From positions 1,137 to 65,136 of the forward strand of contig JAWLDJ010000003.1 of assembly GCA_041686695.1 (NCBI GenBank): a DNA stretch of 64,000 nucleotides, read 5' to 3'. Both the position numbers and the translations under genes were made by a program. Under the pieces are notes generated by a model that saw only the letters and a program-made list of their open reading frames with translations, did no database searches and was not told where the DNA came from. Shown here one piece after another: positions 29,190-38,296 of this stretch; position 1 is the first letter of the stretch, and each line of letters starts with the position of its first letter. The DNA is from Nitriliruptoraceae bacterium. GTDB taxonomy: Bacteria > Actinomycetota > Nitriliruptoria > Nitriliruptorales > Nitriliruptoraceae.

Positions 29190-30371
29190 ATGAACATCGA
29201 CGACGCCACCATCCAGGACCTGCTGACGCTGGCAGACGAGCGGGGGGTCCTCTCCTTCTACACCGGCCACGTTCCGTCACAGGCGGCCGATCCGCAGCCG
29301 ACCGCTCCGATCGAACTCCGCAACCAGATCAAGCAGCTGCGGTCCCGCCTCGCAGACGGCGACCGGGAGACGGCCCAGGCGATCGAGCGCCGACTGGACG
29401 CGCTGAACGGGTCGCTGGAGGCGCTGCTCGATCCGAAGGCGCCGGGCCGGGGACGGGCCCTGTTCGTCGGTGTCGACTCCGGCGAACAGCGATCGGTCTC
29501 CCTGCAGCTGCCTTTCCGGGAGCGGGTGATCCACGACGGCACGGCCTACGTGCGTCCGCTGGTGGCGGCCCTCGACGAGGGCCGTCCCGCCACGATCGTG
29601 GTCGTCTCGCGGACCGGGGTCCGGGTGCTGCGCTGGGCCACGGGGGATGCCGAGGTGGTCGAGGAGGCGCGCTTCGAGAAGGACCAGGAGCTCTTCGGCC
29701 CACCTTCGACGGGACCGTCGGCGAGCAACCCGCAGCGGGCGATGTACGCCCGGGCCGACCGCGAGGGGTACGAGGACCGTCTCGACGAGCACCGTCACCG
29801 CTTCCTCAAGGAGGTGCTCGAGGACGTGGTGCAGCGCGCTGAGTCCGAAGGGATCGACCGGCTCGTGCTGTCCGCACCACCCAAGCTGCGCAACGAGGTG
29901 CAGTCCCTGGTGCCCGAACACGATGGCCTCAGGGTCCTGGTCGCCGACCAGGCCTGGGAGTCGACAGCTCCCAAGGAGATCGCGGCGCAGGCCTGGGAGC
30001 TGCTGCGCTCGGTCCACGGTGAGCGCGAGGTGCGGCTGGTCGAGGCCGCCCGGGAGCGGGCCTTGGCCGGCGGGCCCGGGGCCCTCGGACTCCGCAACGT
30101 GTGCGAGGCCCTGAACACCGGACGGGTGGAACACCTGCTGTACGACGATGACCTGACCATCGAGGGCTACACCTCGTCCGAGGGCACCCTGCACGCCCGG
30201 ATCGAGGGCGCGATCGCCGACTCCGACGTGAGCTTCTCGCGGGAGCCGCTGTTCGTCGAGCGGATGATCGAGGCGGCGTTGGCCACCTCCGCGTCGGTCA
30301 CACCGTTGTCGGAGGACGCCGCGCTGCAGGTACGGGCGTTCGAGGGCGTCGCGGCGTTGCTGCGATGGTGA
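29190..30371 (+). CDS. eRF1/Pelota-like (bacterial aeRF1-type) protein
   Basis: Likely start MNIDDATIQDLL at 29190. The C-terminal third (ERALAGGPGALGLRNVCEALNTGRVEHLLYDDDL) resembles eRF1/Dom34 domain 3. No GGQ motif was seen. Confidence 0.7.
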   Translation: MNIDDATIQDLLTLADERGVLSFYTGHVPSQAADPQPTAPIELRNQIKQLRSRLADGDRETAQAIERRLDALNGSLEALLDPKAPGRGRALFVGVDSGEQRSVSLQLPFRERVIHDGTAYVRPLVAALDEGRPATIVVVSRTGVRVLRWATGDAEVVEEARFEKDQELFGPPSTGPSASNPQRAMYARADREGYEDRLDEHRHRFLKEVLEDVVQRAESEGIDRLVLSAPPKLRNEVQSLVPEHDGLRVLVADQAWESTAPKEIAAQAWELLRSVHGEREVRLVEAARERALAGGPGALGLRNVCEALNTGRVEHLLYDDDLTIEGYTSSEGTLHARIEGAIADSDVSFSREPLFVERMIEAALATSASVTPLSEDAALQVRAFEGVAALLRW

Positions 30372-31198
30372 GCCCCCAGGAGGCACGGCAGCGCACCGAC
30401 GCCGTGATGGAGCTCCACGAGGCCGGTGAGCTCGAGGAGGCCGTGGAGGAGGTCGAGTCCCTGCTGGCGGTCCTCCAGGACGAGCACGATCTGGACGACC
30501 CGGTGCTGCGGGAATCGCTGTTCACCTCGCGCTTCGAGCGAGCGGTGCTGCTGACCGAGCTCGGCGATCTGGACGCAGCCGCGCAGGCCTACGCGGTGGC
30601 CGCGACCACACCAGCCGATCTCGACGACCCCGACCAGCGGCACGAGATCGCCTTGGCGCTGTTGAACCGCGGCATCTGCCTGGACACGGTCGGCGATCAC
30701 GCCACGGCGGTCACGGTGTACGCCGATCTGGTGGCGCGGTTCCACGACGCCGATGACCCCGTCACCGTGGACCAGGTGGTGCGGGCCCGGGTCAACCAGG
30801 CTGCGGCGCTGCTCGCGCTCGAGCGCGGTGAGGAGGCCCTGGCGTCGGCGGCGCAGATCAGCGCTGAGCTCGACCCCACCGACGTCGTCACCGCGGAGCA
30901 GCACGTCATGGCGCTGCGCCTGCAGGCCGCGGCGCTGCAGGCGGCTGGCGACCTCGACGCCGCGGTCGAGGTGCTCCGGCAACGCGGGGAGGTCACCTTG
31001 GAGGACCCGCCCGCCCGGGCCCAGGTGGCGGCCGCCGCCCAGGAGCACGCCCAGCTCCTGGTCGAACTCGATCGCGTCGCCGAGGCCCTCGTGGTCCTCG
31101 ACGCGGCGCTGGAGGACGCGGAGCTGGAGATCGACCCCGAGGTCACCGACGTGCTCGACGGGCTGCGCAGCGACCGTTGGCGGCTGGCCGCGCGCTGA
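30365..31198 (+). CDS. TPR-like helical repeat protein
   Basis: ATGGTGA overlap with the upstream gene. At least six G-[DE]-L-[DE]-x-A helix-hairpin units are present (AGELEEAVEEV, LGDLDAAAQAY, AGDLDAAVEVL ...). Confidence 0.65.
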   Translation: MVSPQEARQRTDAVMELHEAGELEEAVEEVESLLAVLQDEHDLDDPVLRESLFTSRFERAVLLTELGDLDAAAQAYAVAATTPADLDDPDQRHEIALALLNRGICLDTVGDHATAVTVYADLVARFHDADDPVTVDQVVRARVNQAAALLALERGEEALASAAQISAELDPTDVVTAEQHVMALRLQAAALQAAGDLDAAVEVLRQRGEVTLEDPPARAQVAAAAQEHAQLLVELDRVAEALVVLDAALEDAELEIDPEVTDVLDGLRSDRWRLAAR

Positions 31199-31294
31199 GG
31201 GGTGCCCGCACCGGCTCGGTAGGGTGGCGCTCCTCCAGGCTGCCTGGAGGACAGCGGGTGAGCACCCAGAGGAGCCGCCCATGGCCCCGCCCCC

Positions 31295-33067
31295 GTGACC
31301 CCCGTGGTCCTGCCCACCGTCGTGGCCCGATCCCGTGACGCGTGCCACGCCAGGTGGCGCTGCTCCCCGGTCGTGGTCCTGCTGCTGGTGGGCGCCGGCC
31401 TCCTGGCCGGCGGCTCGACCCCGGCGGCCGCACACGCGCTGCTGGTGGGGAGCCAGCCCAGCGACCGGGCCGTGCTGGCCGAGGCCCCCAGCGAGGTCGT
31501 GCTCACCTTCACCGAACCCGTCACCCTGCCGAGCGGTGGGCTGCGTGTCCTCGATGGTGCTGCGCAGCGGGTCGACCTCGGCACGGTGGCGACGGCGGAG
31601 GCGACCCAGGTGGCGGTGGCGCTGCCGCCGGAGCTGCCAGATGGTGGCTACGTCGTGACCTACCGCGTCGTCTCGGCCGACAGCCACCCGGTGGGAGGGG
31701 TGCGGACCTTCACGGTCGGGGACAGCGTCGAGGTGGATGCGGCCACCCTCTCCGGGATCGCCGACGACCGGGCGGGCGCCGCCGCCCGACGGGTGGGTCA
31801 GGGACTGCGTGGTCTCGGCTACCTCGCGCTGCTGCTGGCGACCGGCGGGGCGGTCGCCGCTCGGGCGGTCGTGCGGCGACGCGAGGATCGGGCGCTCGCC
31901 CGTCGCCTGGCGGTGTCGGCAGCCCTGGCCGGTGCCGCCGTGTCGCTGCTCGCCATCCCGGTGCAGGCGGTGGCGGTCACCGGCGATCTCGCAGCCCTGT
32001 GGTCGGGGTTGGCCTGGTGGGAGACGGCCATCTCGAGCTTCGGGGTGGCGACGATCATCCGGGCCGCGTTGCTGGCGCTGCTCGCCACCGCGCTGCTGGC
32101 CCGGTCCCCTGGCGTGGTCACGGTGCTGATCGCCGCAGGTGCGGCGGGCACGGTGGCACTCGACGGCCATCAGCGCAGCGTGTCACCGACCTGGCTGCTG
32201 ATCGCTGGTGACCTCCTGCATGTCGGCGCCGCTGCGGTCTGGTTCGGTGGCCTGGTCGTGGTGACCGCTCTCGTCGTCCGCTCCTCGTCCCGGCGGGAGC
32301 CGGTGGCCGCGGCGGAGGTGATCGCCCGCTTCAGCACGGTGGCGCTCGGGGCGGTCGTGTTGCTGACCATCGGTGGCCTGGCGATGGCGTGGCCCCTGGT
32401 GGGCCAGCCGGACGCCCTGCTCGGCACCGCCTACGGCGTCACGTTGCTGGTCAAGCTCACCGTGGTCGCGGTGGTCGTCGGGGTCGCTGCCTACAACCGA
32501 CGGCGTCTGGTACCCGCGATCGTCGCGGGCGTCACCCCGCGGAGCACCGTCCCACACCCGACGCGCGAACCGGCGGCGGTGGCGACCACCGCCGAGCAGG
32601 TCGATCGAGCGGCCGCCGCGTGGGCGCAGCTGCAGCGCACGTTGCGTGTCGAGGTGGTGCTGCTCGTCGGCGTCCTGCTGGTCACCGGTGTCCTGGCGAC
32701 CACGCAGCCCGCAGCGCAGGCGGCCGGGTTCGGCGGGCTGTTCGAGACCACCACCGCGCTCGGCGACGAGCTGGAGCTCGAGATGGTGGTGGACCCGAAC
32801 ACGGTCGGCCGCAACACCCTCCACCTCTACGTCCTCGACGCCACCGGGCGCCCGACCGACCGGATCGATGACCTCCGCCTGGAGTTGACCTACGCGCCGG
32901 CCGGTGTGGGCCCGATCCGGATCACCCCGTTCGTCGCCGGCGAAGGGCACTGGATCGCCACCACCGAGGACCTGTCGTTCGCCGGGCAGTGGGAGGTCCG
33001 GGTGGTCGCCGGGGTGGACCGGTTCACCGAGGTGACCACCACCGTGGCCGTGCCCGTGGCACCCTGA
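31295..33067 (+). CDS. Copper resistance CopC-CopD fusion protein (YcnJ-like); start uncertain
   Basis: A signal peptide is followed by a mature N-terminal His (AAAHALLVGSQP, CopC). Then come about eight TM helices (CopD) and a C-terminal extracytoplasmic domain. Confidence 0.85.
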   Translation: MTPVVLPTVVARSRDACHARWRCSPVVVLLLVGAGLLAGGSTPAAAHALLVGSQPSDRAVLAEAPSEVVLTFTEPVTLPSGGLRVLDGAAQRVDLGTVATAEATQVAVALPPELPDGGYVVTYRVVSADSHPVGGVRTFTVGDSVEVDAATLSGIADDRAGAAARRVGQGLRGLGYLALLLATGGAVAARAVVRRREDRALARRLAVSAALAGAAVSLLAIPVQAVAVTGDLAALWSGLAWWETAISSFGVATIIRAALLALLATALLARSPGVVTVLIAAGAAGTVALDGHQRSVSPTWLLIAGDLLHVGAAAVWFGGLVVVTALVVRSSSRREPVAAAEVIARFSTVALGAVVLLTIGGLAMAWPLVGQPDALLGTAYGVTLLVKLTVVAVVVGVAAYNRRRLVPAIVAGVTPRSTVPHPTREPAAVATTAEQVDRAAAAWAQLQRTLRVEVVLLVGVLLVTGVLATTQPAAQAAGFGGLFETTTALGDELELEMVVDPNTVGRNTLHLYVLDATGRPTDRIDDLRLELTYAPAGVGPIRITPFVAGEGHWIATTEDLSFAGQWEVRVVAGVDRFTEVTTTVAVPVAP

Positions 33068-33089
33068 CACGCCCCGCACGGAGCCCGCG

Positions 33090-33938
33090 ATGCCGTCCTC
33101 ACCACGCGCCGCCTGCCGACGGCCGCTGCCCGACGGGCCGCGTGCCGTCGCCCTGGCGAGCGTGGTGCTCGCCGTGACGGTGCTCGTCGCCACCCCGGCG
33201 ACGGCGCACCCGTTCGTGGCAGGTGGCGGTGAGCTCCCCATCGACTCCGCAGCCAGCATCACCCTCGATCTGGCCCACGGCTGCGGTTCCGAGTCCGAAG
33301 GTCTCGGTCAGGACACGCTGGAGGTCGCCCTCGAGGTCCCGTCGTGGCTGCGGGTGCTCCGGGTCGGTGAGCATCCCGCCTACCGGCACGACCTCGAGCT
33401 GGCCGACGGCCGGGTCTCGGTGGTGACCTGGACCGTCGTCGGCACCGCGGAACCGGCGCCCGCCTTCGAACTGGACGTGGTCGCCACCGGGACGGTCGGG
33501 CAGGCGGGCTACCTCGCCGTCTTCCAGGGCTGTGAGGAGCGCTCCCACCGATGGATCGGGACCCCCGAGGTGCCGGCCGACGATCCCGCGATCAACGTCC
33601 GCCTGACCGCGCCCGACCCGGCCCGCCCGGCACCACCGCAGCCGCCCGCCGAGGAGCTGCCGGACGGACCGGCACCGCAGGAGCCGGCCGGCGACGGCGG
33701 CACCGACGCCGACCCGGGGTCGGAGTCACAGGAGCTGCGCGACGAGGCCGCGATCGGGCAGGGCGGGAACACGAGCGTCACCGCGTCGTCCGGTGCTGAC
33801 GTCGAGACCGGTGACGGCCGGTCATCGACCCTGAGGTGGCTCGTCGGTCTCGTGGTCGCCGCCCTCGGTGGCCTGGCGGCCGTGCTGATGTTGACCGCAC
33901 GAGGCCGCGGGCACGCGGACCGCAGCACGTCGCCGTGA
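33090..33938 (+). CDS. YcnI-family (DUF1775) copper-binding protein with an acidic/Pro-rich linker and a C-terminal TM anchor
   Basis: A signal peptide is followed by ATAHPFVAGGG...LDLAHGCG. A C-terminal helix (LVGLVVAALGGLAAVLML) anchors it. Confidence 0.8.
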   Translation: MPSSPRAACRRPLPDGPRAVALASVVLAVTVLVATPATAHPFVAGGGELPIDSAASITLDLAHGCGSESEGLGQDTLEVALEVPSWLRVLRVGEHPAYRHDLELADGRVSVVTWTVVGTAEPAPAFELDVVATGTVGQAGYLAVFQGCEERSHRWIGTPEVPADDPAINVRLTAPDPARPAPPQPPAEELPDGPAPQEPAGDGGTDADPGSESQELRDEAAIGQGGNTSVTASSGADVETGDGRSSTLRWLVGLVVAALGGLAAVLMLTARGRGHADRSTSP

Positions 33939-34972
33939 GGCCGTGGTCTCGGGGTGTGCTGCTGGCCGTGGTCGGTCTCCTGCTGCTCCTGCCGGCCCAG
34001 ACCGCGTCGGCGGACCCGGCGCGTCCCACCCACTACCGCTCGGAGGTGAGCGGGCTCGTCGATGCCGCCGGCGGGCCGGTGTCCGGGGTGCGGGCCGAGG
34101 TGGTCGGCGGTGACACCTACCTGGTCCTCGGTGTCACGGGCGCCGAGCAGGTGGAGGTCCCGGGCTACGAGGGCGAGCCCTACCTGCGCTTCGACGGCGA
34201 TGGCCGCGTCGAGGTCAACGTCCGTTCCCCCGCTCGGTGGCTGAACGATGCCCGCTTCGGGGCGCTCGACGTCGAGGTCCCACCCACCGCCGACGCCGAG
34301 GCAGCACCGCAGTGGGAGACCGTGGCGGCCAACGGCCGCTACGCCTGGCACGATCACCGCATCCACTTCATGTCGCCGACCCTGCCCGACGACGTCGATC
34401 CCACGGCAGGGTCGGCCCAGGAGGTGTTCGCCTGGGAGGTCCCGCTCGTCGTCGACGGGGCACCTGCCCGGGTCGAAGGCACCCTCGTGTGGTTGCCGGG
34501 ACCCCCGGCAGCGGTGCCGATCGCGCTCGCGGCGCTGACCCTGGCCGCCGCGGTCGGTCTCGGACGGCGCCCGACACCGGACCGCGGCCTCGGTGTGGTG
34601 ACCGTGGGACTGGGTGCGCTGGTCGCCGGCATCGTCGCCACCGTGTCCGCGCCACCGGGCGGGGAGGCGGAACCGTCGCTGATCGTGCTGCCGGCGATCG
34701 CGGTGGGAGTGGCGCTGCTCGCTCGGCTGCGACCGTCCTCGCCCCGGGGATGGCTGACCGACGCCGCAGCGATCCCGCTACTGGGCTGGGGCCTGTGGTC
34801 GGTGGCGGTGTGGTGGCGACCGATCGCGCCGACCCCGCTGCCGGTCGGCATCGTGCGGGGGCTGATCGCCGTGGCGCTCGCGGTCGGCCTGGCCGGCATC
34901 GTCGCACTCGTCCGCCGGGGGTGGCAGGCCACCTCGCTGGAGCGCGGCGACCGCGGCCCGACGGCTCCGTAG
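33935..34972 (+). CDS. Secreted-domain plus polytopic membrane protein (hypothetical), coupled to ycnI
   Basis: GTGA overlap at 33935-33938. It has a signal peptide (LLLLPAQTASADP), a ~190-aa extracytoplasmic domain and 4-5 TM helices. Confidence 0.65.
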   Translation: MRPWSRGVLLAVVGLLLLLPAQTASADPARPTHYRSEVSGLVDAAGGPVSGVRAEVVGGDTYLVLGVTGAEQVEVPGYEGEPYLRFDGDGRVEVNVRSPARWLNDARFGALDVEVPPTADAEAAPQWETVAANGRYAWHDHRIHFMSPTLPDDVDPTAGSAQEVFAWEVPLVVDGAPARVEGTLVWLPGPPAAVPIALAALTLAAAVGLGRRPTPDRGLGVVTVGLGALVAGIVATVSAPPGGEAEPSLIVLPAIAVGVALLARLRPSSPRGWLTDAAAIPLLGWGLWSVAVWWRPIAPTPLPVGIVRGLIAVALAVGLAGIVALVRRGWQATSLERGDRGPTAP

Positions 34973-35003
34973 CTACCGCGGCCCCTGAGCGCGTCGGCTC
35001 GGA

Positions 35004-36821
35004 TCAGGCCTCGCCGTCCGGTTCCTCGGGTTCCTCGGGTTCCTCCGGCTCCTCCGGTTCCTCGGGATCCTCGGGTTCCGGCTCCGGCTCCGGTTCCGGC
35101 TCCGGTTCCGGCTCCGGTTCGACGGTCGGCGGGGGTTCCGGCTCTGGTTCGGGTTCCGGCTCGGGGCCGCGCGAGATGATGATCTCCACGGTGGTCCCGG
35201 GGTCCACGCGTTCACCGGGGGCCGGTGACTGGCTGATCACGAACCCCTCACCGACGGCGTTGGAGAACTCCCGCTCGGCGATCGCGGGCTCGAGTTCCGC
35301 GGTCCGGATCGTGTCGAGCGCGTTGCTCTCGGAGAAGTTCACCACCCGGGGCACCCGCACCTGCTCGATGGGGATGCTGACCGTGATGTCCACCGCGCTG
35401 CCGGGCGCCACCTCGTCGCCGGGGGCAGGATCCTGGTCCAGCACGGTGCGGGGGTCGCTGCCCGGATCCTCCTCCTCGGTGGTGGTGCCGAGGACGAGGT
35501 CGTTCTCCCGCAGCACCGCCAACGCCTCGTTCTCGCTCAGGCCCACCAGTCGTGGCACCCCGACGATGTCCTCGCCGGTGGAGATCACCAGGTCGACCTC
35601 GCTGCCCTCCTCAGCCTCCGAGTCGGGGGCGGGATCCTGGCGGATCACCCGCCCCGCGTCGACGTCGTCACTCGACTCCTCGCTGATCGTGCCGACCCTG
35701 AGCTCGGCACGCACGAGCAGCTCCTCGGCGACGGCCCGGGTCTCGTCTTCGACGTCGGGCACGGTGACCAGCTGGGGCTCGTCGGTGGCGAGCAGGCTCA
35801 GCAGGGCGAACGCGCCGCCGGCCAGCGCCAGGAGCCCGAGGATCACCAGCAGCGCGGCGACCAGTCCCCGGCGGCGACGTTCCTGTTCGTGGGTCCGTAC
35901 CCCTCGGGTGCTCGGATCCGCGGTCAGCAGCGCCGTCTGGTCCGCCGGCATGACCGCCGGAGCGGCCACGGGCTGGCCGACCCGGGCGTTGACGAGGTCG
36001 GTGCGCATCTCCCCGGCGCTCTGGTAGCGGTTCATCGGGTTCTTCGACAGCGCCCGCATCGTGATCGCCTCTGCCGCCTGGCTGATCGCGGGATCCAGCT
36101 CACGGGGTGAGCGGGGCTGCTCCTGGACGTGCTGGTAGGCCACGGTGACCGGCGAGTCGCCGGCGAACGGTTGCTGACCCGTCAGCGACTCGTAGAGCAC
36201 GACACCCAGGGAGTACAGATCGCTGCGGGGATCCACCTCCAGCCCCTGGGCCTGCTCGGGGGAGAGGTAGGCGGCGGTCCCGAGCACGGCGGCCGTGCGG
36301 GTCACGGTCTCGTTGTCGATCGCGCGGGCGATGCCGAAGTCGGTCACCTTCACCGAGCCGTCGTCGGCCATCAGGATGTTGCCCGGCTTGATGTCGCGAT
36401 GGATCAGGCCGCGCTCGTGGGCGTAGTTGAGCGCCGAACACACGTCGGCGACGACCTCGAGTGCCCGGTCCTCGGTCAGGCCGCCGGCCGCGATGGCCTG
36501 TTGGAGCGATCGGCCCTCGACGAGCTCCATGACGATGTAGGGCTGCCCCTGATCCGCGCCGGTGTCGTAGACCGCGACGAGGTTCGGGTGGTTCAGACGG
36601 GCCACGTGGCGGGCTTCGTCCTGGAACCGACGGGTGAAGGTCTCATCCTCCCGGAACCGCTCCAGCAGGAGTTTGACGGCCACCTCGCGACCGAGCGTCT
36701 GGTCGTAGGCCATGTGGACCTCCGCCATCCCACCCCGCCCGATGACCTGGCGGAGCTCGTAGCGACCAGCCAGGACACGCCTTCCGCTCACGGACGTCCT
36801 CCAAGGGGTGTGAGGTGCCAA
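35004..36821 (-). CDS. pknB: Ser/Thr protein kinase PknB with PASTA repeats and a C-terminal (EP)n tail
   Basis: Hanks motifs GRGGMAEV, VAVK, HRDIKPGN and DFG. A TM helix is followed by three PASTA-like repeats and then PEPEPEPEPEPPPTVEPEPEPEPEPEPEPEPEDPEEPEEPEEPEEPEEPDGEA. Confidence 0.93.
   Translation of the reverse strand: MAPHTPWRTSVSGRRVLAGRYELRQVIGRGGMAEVHMAYDQTLGREVAVKLLLERFREDETFTRRFQDEARHVARLNHPNLVAVYDTGADQGQPYIVMELVEGRSLQQAIAAGGLTEDRALEVVADVCSALNYAHERGLIHRDIKPGNILMADDGSVKVTDFGIARAIDNETVTRTAAVLGTAAYLSPEQAQGLEVDPRSDLYSLGVVLYESLTGQQPFAGDSPVTVAYQHVQEQPRSPRELDPAISQAAEAITMRALSKNPMNRYQSAGEMRTDLVNARVGQPVAAPAVMPADQTALLTADPSTRGVRTHEQERRRRGLVAALLVILGLLALAGGAFALLSLLATDEPQLVTVPDVEDETRAVAEELLVRAELRVGTISEESSDDVDAGRVIRQDPAPDSEAEEGSEVDLVISTGEDIVGVPRLVGLSENEALAVLRENDLVLGTTTEEEDPGSDPRTVLDQDPAPGDEVAPGSAVDITVSIPIEQVRVPRVVNFSESNALDTIRTAELEPAIAEREFSNAVGEGFVISQSPAPGERVDPGTTVEIIISRGPEPEPEPEPEPPPTVEPEPEPEPEPEPEPEPEDPEEPEEPEEPEEPEEPDGEA
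35019..35165. repeat. Hexanucleotide (GGYTCC) tandem repeat tract encoding the PknB (EP)n tail
   Basis: Read directly: ggttcctcgggttcctcgggttcctccggctcctccggttcc...ggctccggttccggctccggttccggctccggttc... Confidence 0.8.
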
Positions 36822-36844
36822 ACGAGGCTAGCAACGCCACCGGA

Positions 36845-38296
36845 TCACTCTCCGGCGGCCGCAACCATGACCTGACGGGCGATCGGAGCGGCGATCGCGC
36901 CGCCGCTGCCGTCCGCGTCGGGAACCGCGACGGCGACGGCCACACCGTCACCGGCGAAGCCGATGAACCACGCGACCGACGGCGCTCCGGGTGCCGTCTG
37001 TGCGGTGCCGGTCTTGCCGCCCACCTCGATCCCGGAGATGGCGGCGCGGCTACCCGTGGCCCCCGGCCCGGAGACGGCATCGATCATCAGGCTGCGCAGC
37101 TGCTGCGCGGTCCGCGGGGAGATGGGGCGTCCATCCCCCGGTGGACCCGCCCACCGGCCGATGTCCGGTCCGCGCAGGATCTCGCCATCCGGTGCGCGCA
37201 CGGTCTGGACCAGGTGGGGGCGCAGCAGCTGCCCCCCGTTGCTCACGGTGGCGGCGACCATCGCCATCTGCAGCACCGTGGCTCGGACGTCGCGCTGGCC
37301 GATGGCGCTCTGCGCGGTCGACGGGACGTCCTGCTCCGCTGGGATGCTGCTCGCGGCCACGGGCAGCTCCAACGGCGGGCTCCGGTTGAACCCGAAAGCC
37401 TCGGCCTGGGCCGCCAGCGCCTCGTCACCGAGCTCCACGCCCAACCGTGCGAACACCGTGTTGCAGGAACGAGCGAACGCGGTCTGCAGCGTCGCCTCGT
37501 CCCCTTCGCCGCAGCGCGTGTCCCCCGCGTTGGAGATGTCCTGGGTGGTCTGGGGGACGTCGAAGGTGCGCTCGTTGGGGAACGTGCGGCTGGGTTCGCT
37601 GCCGGCTTCCAGGGCCGCGGCGGTGACGAGCACCTTGAAGGCGGAACCCGGCGGGTAGAGCTCTCCTCTCGCCCGGTCCACCAACGGACGGTCCGCAGCG
37701 TCCCGCAGCGGGGCCCAGGCCTCGTTGATGACCGCGGTGTCGTGGCTGGACAGCGGGTTGGGATCGAAGGTCGGGTTGGCGTAGCTGGCCAGCACGGCCC
37801 CGGTCGTCGGGTCCAGGACCACCACCGCGCCCTGACGTCCGCTGAGCGCGTCACGGGCGGCCTGCTGGACGCGCGGCTCGATGGTGAGCTCGACCGCGTT
37901 GCCGGGCCGTTGGGTGCCCCCGAGCAGCTCGCCGAGGTTCTGCGCCACCACCTCGGTGGTGCGGCCGGTCAGTTCCTCGTTGAGCGCCCGCTCGAGACCC
38001 GAGCGCTGCAGCACGATCGAGTAGTAGCCGGTGAGGTGGGCGTAGAGCTCCGGTTCGGGGTAGGTGCGCAGGTAGCGGTACTGACCCTCCTCGGTCCGCA
38101 CGCTGCGTGCGATGGCCTGCTCGCCGACGACGATCGGACCCCGCTCGATGGCGTACTCCCGGATGATCACCCGTCGGTTGGCCGGGTGGTTGGCCAGCTC
38201 GTCGGCCTGCAGCAGGGTGATCACGTTGAGGTTCACGAACAGGGCGCCGAACAGCACCAGCACCACCGCGGCGACCCGTCCGAGCTGTCGGTTCAT
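36845..38296 (-). CDS. pbpA: Penicillin-binding protein A (class B transpeptidase)
   Basis: 483 aa with an N-terminal TM helix and the SxxK (GSAFK), SxN (SCN) and KTG (GKTGTA) motifs. Confidence 0.92.
   Translation of the reverse strand: MNRQLGRVAAVVLVLFGALFVNLNVITLLQADELANHPANRRVIIREYAIERGPIVVGEQAIARSVRTEEGQYRYLRTYPEPELYAHLTGYYSIVLQRSGLERALNEELTGRTTEVVAQNLGELLGGTQRPGNAVELTIEPRVQQAARDALSGRQGAVVVLDPTTGAVLASYANPTFDPNPLSSHDTAVINEAWAPLRDAADRPLVDRARGELYPPGSAFKVLVTAAALEAGSEPSRTFPNERTFDVPQTTQDISNAGDTRCGEGDEATLQTAFARSCNTVFARLGVELGDEALAAQAEAFGFNRSPPLELPVAASSIPAEQDVPSTAQSAIGQRDVRATVLQMAMVAATVSNGGQLLRPHLVQTVRAPDGEILRGPDIGRWAGPPGDGRPISPRTAQQLRSLMIDAVSGPGATGSRAAISGIEVGGKTGTAQTAPGAPSVAWFIGFAGDGVAVAVAVPDADGSGGAIAAPIARQVMVAAAGE

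Noticed and set aside
30167-32170. 667-aa minus-strand ORF across the TPR and copCD genes
   Set aside because: It is an antisense shadow spanning two plus-strand genes with clear domain signatures.
35019-35165. Possible CRISPR-like array (also considered for 63810-63927)
   Set aside because: The repeat units are 6-11 nt with no unique spacers of CRISPR size. The first tract is inside pknB coding sequence. No cas genes are present.
34237-36027. 596-aa plus-strand ORF with SGSSGSSGS/GSGSGS repeats
   Set aside because: It is the antisense reading of the pknB (EP)n repeat tract and PASTA region. The kinase frame is unambiguous.
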